A DNA stretch of 64,000 bases from Candidatus Zixiibacteriota bacterium (GTDB lineage Bacteria > RBG-13-66-14 > B26-G2 > WVWN01): the NCBI GenBank assembly GCA_050117845.1, contig JASFLY010000004.1, forward strand, positions 96,001 to 160,000, given 5' to 3'. A model generated the notes under the pieces. That model was given only the letters and a program-made list of their open reading frames with translations. It did not search any database and was not told the origin of the DNA. Positions 28,163-37,092 of this stretch are shown piece by piece. The position numbers were made by a program, and so were the translations under genes. Numbering within the stretch: position 1 is the stretch's first letter; every line of letters starts with the position of its first letter.

Positions 28163-28977
28163 GGTTCGTAAGCATAGCGTTACTTCTGTTGGGGCTCGCG
28201 GCGATCGTTCATTCCGAATGCGAATTCCCGTACTACCCGGAGTACGCCGACGTCTATTCGCGCTACGACGAGGTAACGCCCGAAATGGCCGTGGCCGCCG
28301 TCGGCGCGTGGCCGGGAACGGCGACCTTTGCCAAGCCGCTCCTCCTCCGCGACGTAAACGGCATGCCCTTCTGTTACATGGTCGAGGCGTTTCCCCCCGG
28401 GGACGCGGATCTGGTCGCAAGGTGGAACGGCGTTATCGCGAAGGTCAACGCCGGCGAGCGCATCCCCGCGGCGGAGCTGGCGGCCGAGCTGGAGGCGCTG
28501 TACGACGTCGAGTACCCGCCCTTCCGCTTCGGCGAACCGGCGGAGACCCGCGACGGCGAACGGAACCCGCTTATCGATTTCGCGGGCGCCGTGGTTTCGA
28601 CGTTCACCTTCGACAACCCGCGCTCGATGCTCGGCGCCGGCGGCGGCCCGCCCTTCCCGGCCTTGCACGGCTACGCCCACGCCTACCGGGAGGCGGCGAC
28701 GCGGTACGGCGGCGGCTTTTACCTCTCCCGCATAATCGGCACGGGCCCCTATCACTCGCAAATCTTCGAGTTCGAGAACGACGCCGGCGAGAAGGTCGCG
28801 TTGGCCGTGGACGCCGGCTACGCCGTCAGCGTCGCGGACCTGGAGGAAAGGGACGCCGCCATGCGCGAGAGGGTCCGGAAGAAGTACGAGTCGATAAAGA
28901 ACGACGACACCTGGGCGGAGGCGAACCGGGCGGATTGGCGGGAGATCGTCGACGGGCTGGATCGGGATGAGCCGTAA
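28159..28977 (+). CDS. Secreted hypothetical protein (EFPYYPEYA family paralog)
   Basis: ATGA overlap; shared EFPYYPEYA, PL..RD(I/V)NGMP, RWN....K(L/V)NAGE, (Y/F)EFE. Confidence 0.75.
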   Translation: MRFVSIALLLLGLAAIVHSECEFPYYPEYADVYSRYDEVTPEMAVAAVGAWPGTATFAKPLLLRDVNGMPFCYMVEAFPPGDADLVARWNGVIAKVNAGERIPAAELAAELEALYDVEYPPFRFGEPAETRDGERNPLIDFAGAVVSTFTFDNPRSMLGAGGGPPFPALHGYAHAYREAATRYGGGFYLSRIIGTGPYHSQIFEFENDAGEKVALAVDAGYAVSVADLEERDAAMRERVRKKYESIKNDDTWAEANRADWREIVDGLDRDEP

Positions 28978-28998
28978 AACCCCTCTTCACCCCGCGAT

Positions 28999-29034
28999 AA
29001 AAAACCCCAGGGGCCGCCGGGCCCCTGGGTTCTT
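28999..29034. terminator. Bidirectional terminator
   Basis: AAAAAA-CCCCAGGGGCC..GGCCCCTGGG-TTCTT between convergent genes. Confidence 0.7.
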
Positions 29035-29053
29035 GGCATATAGGCAAGCCGGC

Positions 29054-29866
29054 TCAGTCCATCCGCCTCGCGCACCAGTATGTCACGTTCCGCATCAGCG
29101 GCCAGTCGGAGCCGCGGTCGTCGTGCTCCGGCCAGGGCTCGAAGCCGTCGCGGTCGCTATCCTCCTCCCATTCCGGGTGGGGGCCGGTCAAAAAGACCCG
29201 GCCGTAGCCGTACTCGAACGCCACCATCGCCGGCTCGCCCGTTATGGCGTACGTCCCGATGACGTCGACCCGGGTACCGGCGAACGGTACGAACTTCGGC
29301 CCCCACCAGTAGTGAACCCACTCCGTCTTGCCCAGGCCCCGCGTTATGGGGTGTTCGGCCTCGGCGTAGATTATCTCGCACATGCCGTTTTCCGGGTACG
29401 GGTATATCTCGTTGACGGGGCCGTCGGCGATGCCCTGGAACAACCCCAGGTGGCCTTCGGGATAGGTGTTGCCGAGCCATTTGACGGTGTCGCTGCCGAA
29501 GCAGCTGCCGGCGCAGGTCCCGACGTATCCGCCGCCGCCCCGTACGAAACGCCGGATTTTCTCCTTGCCTTCCTCCGTGATATTCTCCGAGTACGGCCCC
29601 GAGTTGCCGCCCGGGAAGTAGATGATGTCTATCTTGTCGAGGGTTTTATCGTTGACGTCGTCGTCGTACAACCGGACGAGCGTGCACCCCATCCACTCGA
29701 ACATCTTCTCCGAGGGGCCGACGCAGCCGGGCGCCGCGCCCTCGTCGGCATAGACGCCGATTATTATCTCGCCGCTCTCCTCCAGGGCGCCGTCCCCGCA
29801 ATGGACCAGGAGGACGAGTACGGCCGACAGGAAAAGCGAGAGACGTAAAAGCCGCTTCGCTTCCAC
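29054..29866 (-). CDS. BPL_N / class I glutamine-amidotransferase-like lipoprotein
   Basis: VYADEGA, FPGG, GGGYVGTCAGS, GRVFLTGPHPE; lipobox-like LLVHC. Confidence 0.8.
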   Translation of the reverse strand: MEAKRLLRLSLFLSAVLVLLVHCGDGALEESGEIIIGVYADEGAAPGCVGPSEKMFEWMGCTLVRLYDDDVNDKTLDKIDIIYFPGGNSGPYSENITEEGKEKIRRFVRGGGGYVGTCAGSCFGSDTVKWLGNTYPEGHLGLFQGIADGPVNEIYPYPENGMCEIIYAEAEHPITRGLGKTEWVHYWWGPKFVPFAGTRVDVIGTYAITGEPAMVAFEYGYGRVFLTGPHPEWEEDSDRDGFEPWPEHDDRGSDWPLMRNVTYWCARRMD

Positions 29867-29966
29867 GGTGGTTCCCCCTTCCGCCTTGGTTAGCGTGCCG
29901 TCGATAGGTAATTTACCCCTGAATGATATACCCCTTTCGCGTGGCCGGTCAAGCTAATTTATATAT

Positions 29967-29992
29967 AAAAAAACCGCCCCGAAGGGCGGTTT
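29967..29992 (-). terminator. Terminator after tRNA-Lys
   Basis: CCGCCC-TTCG-GGGCGG followed by T7 on minus strand. Confidence 0.8.
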
Positions 29993-29997
29993 GGCTG

Positions 29998-30072
29998 TGA
30001 GCCGCCTGGGATTTGAACCCAGGACTCCCGGCTTAAAAGGCCGGTGCTCTGACCAGGCTGAGCTAGCGGCTC
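29998..30072 (-). tRNA. tRNA-Lys (TTT)
   Basis: GAGCCGC/GCGGCTC acceptor stem, CCGGC-CTTTTAA-GCCGG anticodon arm, CTGGG-TTCAAAT-CCCAG T-arm; CCA not encoded directly. Confidence 0.97.
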
Positions 30073-30134
30073 ATTTCGCGCAAGTTATAACAAATATCGC
30101 CTTTTAATGCAAGCCAAAGTACCCGGCGTTTTGC

Positions 30135-31412
30135 CTAAAATAGTTCCCGGCGGTGGAAGCCGTCATCGCGCTCCGGCCCCGTGGAAACGATGGCCACCTC
30201 CGCGCCGACGTGGTCCTCGATGAAGCGGATGTAGTCGCGCCCCGCCTCGGGCAACGCCTCGTACGACCGCGCGCCGGTGACGCCCTCCTTCCAGCCCGCC
30301 AGCTCCTCGTATACCGGCGTAACGTCGCCCAGCCGGTCGAACGGCGCCGGGACGCCCGGCAGCCGCTCGCCGTCCAGCTCGTACGCCACGCATACTTTGA
30401 GCCGGTCCAGGCCGTCGAGGACGTCCAGCTTGTTGAGCGCGATGAAGTCGATCCCCGCGGCGTCGACGGTGTATTTCAGCAACACCAGGTCCAGCCAGCC
30501 GCAGCGCCGTGGCCGGCCCGTCGTCGAGCCGTATTCGTTGCCCCGCCTCTGGAGCCGTTCGCCCAGCTCGTCGTCGAGTTCGGTGGGGAAGGGCCCCTCG
30601 CCCACGCGCGTCTGGTACGCCTTGACGATGCCGAGCGTCCGGCCTATGAAGCCCGCCGGGAGGCCCAGGCCCGCCGCCGCCCCGCCCGGGTGCACGTTGG
30701 AACTCGTGACGAACGGGTAGGTCCCGAGGTCCACGTCGAGCAGCAGGCCGTGGGCGCCCTCCAGCAGGACGTCCGCGCCGGCGGCCAATTCCTCCTGCAT
30801 CGACCGGGAGACGTCGCCGGCGTATCGCTCGAGCTTGGGCGCGGCCTCGCGCAGGGCCGCCAGGACCTCCGCCTCGTCCACCTCGACGCCCAGCGCCTTA
30901 AGGGTGGGGCCGTGGCGGTCGGCCAGCGCGCCCAGCCGGCCTTCCAGCCGGTCGTCGTCGAAGAGGTCGCCGAACCGCAGGCCCAGCCGCGACGCCCGGT
31001 CGGCGTAGCAAGGCCCGATGCCCCTGCCCGTCGTACCCACGCGCCAGCGGCCCAGCGTCTCGTCGCCCGCCTGGTCGAGTTTTATATGATAGGGGAGGAT
31101 GAGGTGGCTGTGCCAGTCCACCATCAGCTTGTCCGTGGAGACGCCGAGGTCGGCCAGCCGGCCCAGCTCCTCCAGGAGGTACGCCGGATTGACGACGCAG
31201 CCCCGCCCCACGTAACAGCGGACGTCGGGCCGGAGGATCCCCACCGGCACCAGCCGCAACACTATCTTGTCGTCGCCGACGATAACGGTGTGGCCGGCGT
31301 TGTTGCCGCCGTTGAACCGGGCCATGGCGCCGATGCGGCGCGACAGCACGTCCGCGACCTTCCCCTTCCCCTCGTCGCCCCACTGGGCGCCCACCATCGC
31401 GACTACGGCCAT
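30135..31412 (-). CDS. purA: Adenylosuccinate synthetase
   Basis: GAQWGDEGKGK, GGNNAGHT, GTTGRGIGP, EGAHG, GTYPFVTSS, EYGSTTGRPRRCGWLD; ATG 31412. Confidence 0.98.
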   Translation of the reverse strand: MAVVAMVGAQWGDEGKGKVADVLSRRIGAMARFNGGNNAGHTVIVGDDKIVLRLVPVGILRPDVRCYVGRGCVVNPAYLLEELGRLADLGVSTDKLMVDWHSHLILPYHIKLDQAGDETLGRWRVGTTGRGIGPCYADRASRLGLRFGDLFDDDRLEGRLGALADRHGPTLKALGVEVDEAEVLAALREAAPKLERYAGDVSRSMQEELAAGADVLLEGAHGLLLDVDLGTYPFVTSSNVHPGGAAAGLGLPAGFIGRTLGIVKAYQTRVGEGPFPTELDDELGERLQRRGNEYGSTTGRPRRCGWLDLVLLKYTVDAAGIDFIALNKLDVLDGLDRLKVCVAYELDGERLPGVPAPFDRLGDVTPVYEELAGWKEGVTGARSYEALPEAGRDYIRFIEDHVGAEVAIVSTGPERDDGFHRRELF

Positions 31413-31476
31413 AATTCTCCAAACCTCCGGCTGGAAACGGGCACAGAAAAACGGGCGGTATTCCGCCCGTTGCGAG

Positions 31477-31504
31477 ATTATAGCAAACGGGGCCGGGAAT
31501 GCAA
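31477..31504 (-). promoter_or_regulatory. purA promoter
   Basis: TTGCAT-N16-TATAAT with TG extension. Confidence 0.65.
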
Positions 31505-31728
31505 GCACAAAGGGCACGCCCGGACCGGCTTTCCGGGGTGCAGTCAGGTGTTACCATCTGACGGCGGTGACACTCGGGCGCGAACGCCCCGGCGGAGGAC
31601 GAAGGCCGGCCTCGCACCGTGTCCCGTCATTCCGTAAAAACGACACGGCCTCTTGATACCGACGCGGGGCTTGTTATAATCCATTTTAACTGCAAATCGC
31701 CGCCGGAGGCCGCGGCGGAAGGGATTAT

Positions 31729-32943
31729 ATGTCGCCGAATAATGTAATGTTGACGCTGAGCCGCGCCCGGCGCCTGGCCCTCCGGGCGCAGTTGCTGGAC
31801 GGCCCGGGCCGCAGGCCGAAGGGCAAGGAGGGCGTACGCCGCGCCGTCGAGCACCTGGGCTACGTCCAGATAGACACCATCGCCGTCGTCGAGCGCGCAC
31901 ACCATCACACCCTCTGGTCGCGCTGCCCCGATTACGAGCCGGCGATGCTCGACGAACTCCACGGCCGCAGCCGGCGCGTCTTCGAGTACTGGGGCCACGC
32001 CGCGTCCTACCTGCCGATCGAGGATTACCGCTACTACATCCCCCGGATGCGCAGTTTCCCCTGGGACTCGTGGACCGAGCGGCTATACGAGCGCCACAAG
32101 GAAGTCAGGGCGGCGGTGATGGAGCGCGTCGAGAAGGAGGGGCCGTTGCGGGCGGCCGACTTCAAAGCGCCGCGGAAGAAGGCCACCGGGTGGTGGGACT
32201 GGAAACCCTCCAAGGTGGCGCTGGAACTCCTGTTGTGGGAGGGCCGCCTTATGGTGGTGGAGCGGCGCAACTTCCAGCGCGTCTACGACCTGACGGAGCG
32301 CGTCCTGCCGCCGGACGTCGATACCAACGTCCCCGACGGCGACGAGCTAGGCCGCTTCGCCGTGCGCCGTGCGCTCCGGGCCCACGGCGTCGCCTCCCGC
32401 CGCGAGATATACGGACACCTCCACGGCATGGGCCGGGAGAATATCGACGGCGCGCTGGTCGCGCTGCAGGCCGAGGGGGAGGTCGTCCCTATCCGAATCA
32501 AAGAACTTCCGGAGGGGGAGTATTTCGCCGCGGCGAAGGAGCTGGGCCGCAAGTTGGGGAAGCGGCCGCCGCGCCTGCACATCCTCTCGCCCTTCGACAA
32601 CGCCGTGATCCACCGGGAGCGCGTGAAATGGCTCTTCGGCGCCGACTACGTTTTGGAGTGCTACGTGCCCGCGGCCAAGCGGCGCTTCGGCTATTTCGGC
32701 CACGCTATTATCTGGGGGGACGAATTCGCGGGGCGGCTGGACGCCAAGGCCGAGCGCAAGGAGCGCCGCCTCGTCGTCAAGAACTTCGCGCTGGAGGAGG
32801 GCTTCGGCGCCCCGGCCGAGTTCTGGGGCGCCCTGGGCGAGAAGCTGACCTCGTACGCGAGCTTCAACGGCTGCGACGACATATCGGTCGAACGGACGAC
32901 GCCGCCTAGCTTGGCGAAGGCGTTGCGGAAGGCGGTGGGGTAG
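31729..32943 (+). CDS. YcaQ/AlkZ-like winged-helix DNA crosslink repair glycosylase
   Basis: YVQIDTIAVVERAH (QxD), FEYWGHAAS, WWDWKPSK, LSPFDN, YVPAAKRRFGY, GRLDAKA; promoter TTGATA-N16-TATAAT at 31653-31680. Confidence 0.9.
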   Translation: MSPNNVMLTLSRARRLALRAQLLDGPGRRPKGKEGVRRAVEHLGYVQIDTIAVVERAHHHTLWSRCPDYEPAMLDELHGRSRRVFEYWGHAASYLPIEDYRYYIPRMRSFPWDSWTERLYERHKEVRAAVMERVEKEGPLRAADFKAPRKKATGWWDWKPSKVALELLLWEGRLMVVERRNFQRVYDLTERVLPPDVDTNVPDGDELGRFAVRRALRAHGVASRREIYGHLHGMGRENIDGALVALQAEGEVVPIRIKELPEGEYFAAAKELGRKLGKRPPRLHILSPFDNAVIHRERVKWLFGADYVLECYVPAAKRRFGYFGHAIIWGDEFAGRLDAKAERKERRLVVKNFALEEGFGAPAEFWGALGEKLTSYASFNGCDDISVERTTPPSLAKALRKAVG

Positions 32944-32981
32944 GGGGTGCAGGCGGGCCGTCGAAGAGATCTCCATACCCC

Positions 32982-33219
32982 GAAACGGGAGGCTTTATGC
33001 CGGCCGAGAATCCCTCTATCCTGGAGCGGCAGGCTTTATGCCTGCCGTAACGCGTGACCCCCCCGGCGGCCGTAAAGGCCGCCGCTTCTACGTGAGAAAG
33101 GTTATTAGGAACGGCCGGCTTTATACCGGCCGAGAAAAACCCCATATCTTGAAGCGGCAGGCTTTATGCCTGCCGAAACGGGGCTACTGCGCTACGGCGG
33201 CCGTAAAGGCCGCCGCTTC
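32982..33219. repeat. REP/REPIN cluster (6 units)
   Basis: 25-nt units G(A/G)A(G/A)-CGGCAGGC-TTTAT-GCCTGCCG and inverted CGGCGGCC-GTAAA-GGCCGCCG-CTTC at 32982, 33023, 33064, 33108, 33151, 33195. Confidence 0.85.
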
Positions 33220-33261
33220 TATACTTTTTTACAAAAAGGCCGGCTCGTGCCGGCCTGTTAT

Positions 33262-33843
33262 CTACTCGGGCGTCGTATCTTCCTCCCCCGGCCTCCACGT
33301 GGTCGCGCGGCCGCGGAGCTTGGTAATCAACTCGACGAACCACGGCCGCTGGGAATAGCGCGCCAGGTCCGGGTCCGCGCCCGGCTGCGTGGCGAACGAC
33401 TCCGGCGCGAGTTCGAGCGCTATCTCCAGGTACTCCCGGCATTTCTCCTCCCGGCCCACCTCCGCCCAGTAGCACGCGAAGTTGTAGTAGACGCGGGAAT
33501 CGTCGGGCGTGTTCTTGATGGCCAACTGGAAGCTCTTCTCGGCCTCCTGTTCCTCGCCCAGCCGGTGCAGGACCAGCCCCAGCGTGGCAAAAGCCAGGCC
33601 GGGATCGCGGGAGAGTTCCACCGCGCGCTCGGCGTAGTCCCGCGCCTCGGCGGCCTTGCCCAACTGCGAGAGGCAGAGCGCCATCCCCCGCAGGGCGCGA
33701 ACGCGGTCGGGGTCGAGGTCGAGCGCCTGCCGGAAGGCGGCGACGCCCCGGTCGAACTTCCCCCGGTCGTAGAGGTCGATGCCGAGTTGGGTGAGCGCCG
33801 CGGAACGGCGCCGAGTCTCGAGTTCGGGTGGTAACGTGAACAT
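33262..33843 (-). CDS. TPR-repeat protein
   Basis: Four TPRs (ALDLDP, VYYNFACY, ADPDL C-terminal motif). Confidence 0.85.
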   Translation of the reverse strand: MFTLPPELETRRRSAALTQLGIDLYDRGKFDRGVAAFRQALDLDPDRVRALRGMALCLSQLGKAAEARDYAERAVELSRDPGLAFATLGLVLHRLGEEQEAEKSFQLAIKNTPDDSRVYYNFACYWAEVGREEKCREYLEIALELAPESFATQPGADPDLARYSQRPWFVELITKLRGRATTWRPGEEDTTPE

Positions 33844-33876
33844 ATCCTATATTATAGCATAACCGGCCGCCGCCGA

Positions 33877-34212
33877 TTAACGGCTGCGGTACGGCATCGC
33901 TTCCGCGCTCATGCCCCCGCCGTCGTCGAAGTAGAGCAGGACCGTGCCGCCTAGGACGCAGTCCGGCGCGCAGGTAATCGACGTCGCCGTGCAGGCCGGG
34001 CAAACGCGCTCGATGTCTTCCAGTTGTTCGGCCGTGAATACCAGCGTGACCTCGTAGCCGCCCGCCGCGTATACCTCTTCCCACTGGCGCGCTATATCCT
34101 CGCGTTGTTCCGCCGTGAGTATCAGCGCGACCTTCGGGACGTCGTCTTCAGCCTCGGCCTGCGCCCAGGCCGCGAGCGCCAGTAAACACGATAACGCAAT
34201 CGCCTTTTTCAT
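33877..34212 (-). CDS. Small secreted CxxC protein
   Basis: Signal peptide; L.(L/F)TAEQ twice, CPACTATSITC, GTVLLYFDDGGG. Confidence 0.7.
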   Translation of the reverse strand: MKKAIALSCLLALAAWAQAEAEDDVPKVALILTAEQREDIARQWEEVYAAGGYEVTLVFTAEQLEDIERVCPACTATSITCAPDCVLGGTVLLYFDDGGGMSAEAMPYRSR

Positions 34213-34286
34213 ATATTCCCTCGGTGCCGGCTTGCCCGAATCCGCCGGCCTCTTTGGTTATTCGACCGGCGTCGGCGAAGCATGGT

Positions 34287-34712
34287 TTAACGAGGCCGGT
34301 AGCGTTTCGGCGCGGCCGTTATGCCCCCGGCGTCGTCCAGGTAAAGCAGGACCGTGCGTCCCGCGAACCGGTCGGCCGGGGCCGTGACCGATGTGGCCTT
34401 GCACGCCGGGCACAGCCGCGTAATGGCGTCGATCTGTTCCGGCGTAAATTCCAGCGTGACCTCGTCGGTACCGGCGGCGGCGTTCTCCTCGCGCCGGCGC
34501 TCCACGTCCTTCACCTGTTCCCGCGTGAGTACGAGGGTTATGTTCAACTCGCTCCCCGTGTTCGCCGCGCTCTCCCCCGCGTCCTCGGCCGTTTCACCGG
34601 GCGCGGTTTCCCCGGCCGGCTCGGGGCCTTTTTCTCCGTTCGTCTTCTTGGCGCCGCAGGCGACGGTAAGACATAAAATGAAGGCCGATGCGACGGCGAT
34701 AGCCGTTTTCAC
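34287..34712 (-). CDS. Lipoprotein paralog of the small CxxC protein
   Basis: GTG overlapping upstream TGA; lipobox LTVAC; L.(L/F)T.EQ twice, CPACKATSVT, RTVLLYLDDAGG. Confidence 0.7.
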   Translation of the reverse strand: MKTAIAVASAFILCLTVACGAKKTNGEKGPEPAGETAPGETAEDAGESAANTGSELNITLVLTREQVKDVERRREENAAAGTDEVTLEFTPEQIDAITRLCPACKATSVTAPADRFAGRTVLLYLDDAGGITAAPKRYRPR

Positions 34713-35590
34713 GATACTTCCCACCTCTCGTCGTCGGAGGGATTTTTACGGCCCTTCCGTATGCGTAAAGGCGTGGCTTTTGCCCACAACTGGTTGAAGT
34801 AGGCCTCGAGTACTTCGCCGAGGCCCCGGTGCGAAATGAAGAGGCACGTTATCGCCGGCGTGCCGGTGCCGGGTTCTTCGAGGTGAATCACGCAGTCGCG
34901 GCCGTCGAACACGGCCATCTTCATCGGCAGACTCGGCGTGAACCGGACCTTCTCGCCGCGCGCCATGAAATACGCTATCGGCTTGCAGTCCGACAGCTCG
35001 GAGGCGTCCGAGGCCTCGAAGACCGTCTTCCACGTGACGCCCCGCTCGAGCGCGTCGATGGTGATGGCCGCCGCTTCGTCGAGCATCTTGTGGGGCATGC
35101 GCGGCATAATGTACGGCGCCTTGGCGCACGCGACTATCCGGGACGTCGCGTTTTGCCACAGACGGTTCTCGTGGACGAGTTGCAGCATCGGGCTTTTGAT
35201 GACCTGGAAGTATTGCGCCCCCGCGGGGTCTTCGGCCGAGTCGCCGATTATCCGGTCCAATATGGACTGCAGTTTCTCGGCGGCGTCGTCGTTCCGCGCC
35301 CGTCGCGTCTCTTCCTCGTACCGCAGCTGGGACAGGATCTGGTCGGTCGGTACGGCGTGGTACGAGGTGCGGCGGCCGCCGGTCCGCACGACGAAGCCGC
35401 GGCGCGAGAGCCGATCCAAAATGTCGTAGATGCGCGGCCGGGGAATGGCCGCGGCCCGGGCGATAGCGGCCGCCGGCCCGCCCGGTTGCGCCAGCACCGC
35501 GACGTACGCGCGGGCCTCGTACTCGGTCAACCCCAGCTCCTGGAGAAGTTCGGCCGCGTCGGCGTTTTTCTTAGAAGGCGTCTTACTCAT
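34709..35590 (-). CDS. TrmB-family transcriptional regulator
   Basis: LGLTEYEARAYVAVL, IPRPRIYDILDRL..RGFV; C-terminal PLD-like sensor domain PMKMAVFD. Confidence 0.9.
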   Translation of the reverse strand: MSKTPSKKNADAAELLQELGLTEYEARAYVAVLAQPGGPAAAIARAAAIPRPRIYDILDRLSRRGFVVRTGGRRTSYHAVPTDQILSQLRYEEETRRARNDDAAEKLQSILDRIIGDSAEDPAGAQYFQVIKSPMLQLVHENRLWQNATSRIVACAKAPYIMPRMPHKMLDEAAAITIDALERGVTWKTVFEASDASELSDCKPIAYFMARGEKVRFTPSLPMKMAVFDGRDCVIHLEEPGTGTPAITCLFISHRGLGEVLEAYFNQLWAKATPLRIRKGRKNPSDDERWEVS

Positions 35591-35633
35591 CCCAAGTACG
35601 TTATTTTTAATAGGTTTTGGCGACTCACGCAAC

Positions 35634-35669
35634 AAAAAACCGCCCCCCGGCCGCCAGGGCCGGGGGGGT
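35634..35669 (-). terminator. Terminator after ferredoxin-like gene
   Basis: CCCCCGGCC..GGCCGGGGG followed by T6 on minus strand. Confidence 0.7.
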
Positions 35670-35728
35670 CTTGCTGGGTGCTCCGGAGTTTAGCCTCTTT
35701 CTGGTTAACTGGGGCGGGGGGCCGCCGT

Positions 35729-36280
35729 TTACCGCTCTACCATGACGATGGAGGTCTCGGGGCATACGTCGAGGCAGAGGGCGCAACCGTAGCATTTTCC
35801 GGAGTCCACCAGGAGGATATCGCCGTTCATCTCGCGGGCGCCGAAATAGCACACGTCCACGCACGCCGCGCAATGGGTGCAGCTTTCCATGTCCGTTCGC
35901 TCGACGTATCTCCCCCGGTCGCACTCGCCGGCGTAAGCTCCGCCTTTTTCGAAGTAGGCGCAGCAGTCGTCGCAGCAGAAGCATATCCCTTGCGCTCGGT
36001 TTTTATCCTCGTCGTGGCGGAAGGGCCGGGCGACGAGACGTTTGTCGCGGGCTTCCGCCAGTATCCCGTCGACGAAGGCGCGGTCCACTTCCCGGAAGTC
36101 CGAACCCGTCCCGCCCATCTTGGGATCGAAGAAAAGGCAAACGTCGGTGCGGGAGCGCTCGCATCCCGGCCCCCCTTCCCGGCATCCGCAATTCGAAACC
36201 CAGAAGCGGTCGTGCTCGTTTATGAAGGCCTCGGCCTCGCCGCGCGTCGCAACGAAGTGGAAATGGAGGTCGTCGTCCAC
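35729..36280 (-). CDS. 4Fe-4S dicluster ferredoxin-domain protein
   Basis: CGCR, ICFCCDDCC, CTHCAACVDVC, CYGCALCLDVCP. Confidence 0.9.
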   Translation of the reverse strand: MDDDLHFHFVATRGEAEAFINEHDRFWVSNCGCREGGPGCERSRTDVCLFFDPKMGGTGSDFREVDRAFVDGILAEARDKRLVARPFRHDEDKNRAQGICFCCDDCCAYFEKGGAYAGECDRGRYVERTDMESCTHCAACVDVCYFGAREMNGDILLVDSGKCYGCALCLDVCPETSIVMVER

Positions 36281-36309
36281 GCCGTCTCCTCTCGCTTTGT
36301 TCGGGTCGC

Positions 36310-36960
36310 CTAATGGGCGAACAACCCTCTAACGCGGCCCAGCGAACTCGGGCCGACGTCGTTGGGGGTGACCGTTACCCGCATGTAATGCTGATGGTCG
36401 TCCACCGCGCCGGCGTCCGGGTATCCGAAGACCGGATTGCTGTTGAGGATGTACGAGTAGCAATGCCTACCCGTGGCCGCGCCCCACCACGTGGCGCAGG
36501 CCACGTACCCGCCGCCGGTCCAGGCCGTCTCGACGATGAGGTTCTGGTGGCCGTCGTACTCGAACGGCGTCGCGAACGTGAAGCCGAACCAGTCGTTGGC
36601 CGGCGGGTTCAGGTATTCCTGCGGATTGGAGTAAACCACCACCGGCGTATTCCCGGTGTAGTTGTCGGCGTAGGTGCCGCTCAGCGTGTCCGCGGTCGTG
36701 TGACATAATTTTATGCTAAAAGTTGGCAGGTCGCCGGGTAGTATTAAACCTCCGTACTGAAACCATTCCCAACGCGTGATCGTGCCGCCGGGGACGCCGT
36801 CGCTTTTGAGAACCAGTTCCTGGCTCCGAAAAGAGGTGTGGCCGCATCAACAGCGGAAAGGCCAGTAGGCCATCTCACCCTGGCTCCCTATGACGAATTC
36901 CTCGGCCGCCGCCGCGCCGGCCGTCAGGATAACGAGCCCTATAATCGCCGCCTTTTTCAT
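36310..36960 (-). CDS. Candidate secreted selenoprotein (C-U-C motif, in-frame TGA at codon 38) with C-terminal tag; 216 aa if read through
   Basis: GAGGAG RBS; signal MKKAAIIGLVILTAGAAAA; ...WPFRC-TGA(36849-36847)-CGHTSFRSQELVL... continues open in frame to VGPSSLGRVRGLFAH. Confidence 0.7.
36803..36833 (-). promoter_or_regulatory. Bacterial SECIS-like hairpin
   Basis: CUUUU-C-GGAGCCAG-GAA-CUGGUUCU-C-AAAAG; G-initiated apical loop 27 nt downstream of the UGA. Confidence 0.6.
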
Positions 36961-37092
36961 GAACGAAACTCCTCGGTTCCCGTGCGTTAATATGTTTGCG
37001 GTAACCATATTTGTTACTACCTGTGATAGTAACAATATTTTCTAACATAACCCGGCCGCGCCGTCAAGCGAAATCCTCACCCTCCACACCCC

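Noticed and set aside
31505..31660. SRP RNA, ZTP/PRPP riboswitch or SAM-I
   Set aside because: Only fragments match (GTCAGGT; ATCAAGAG); the SRP GNRA/AGCAG loop and riboswitch cores are missing, and the purA promoter lies between this element and purA.
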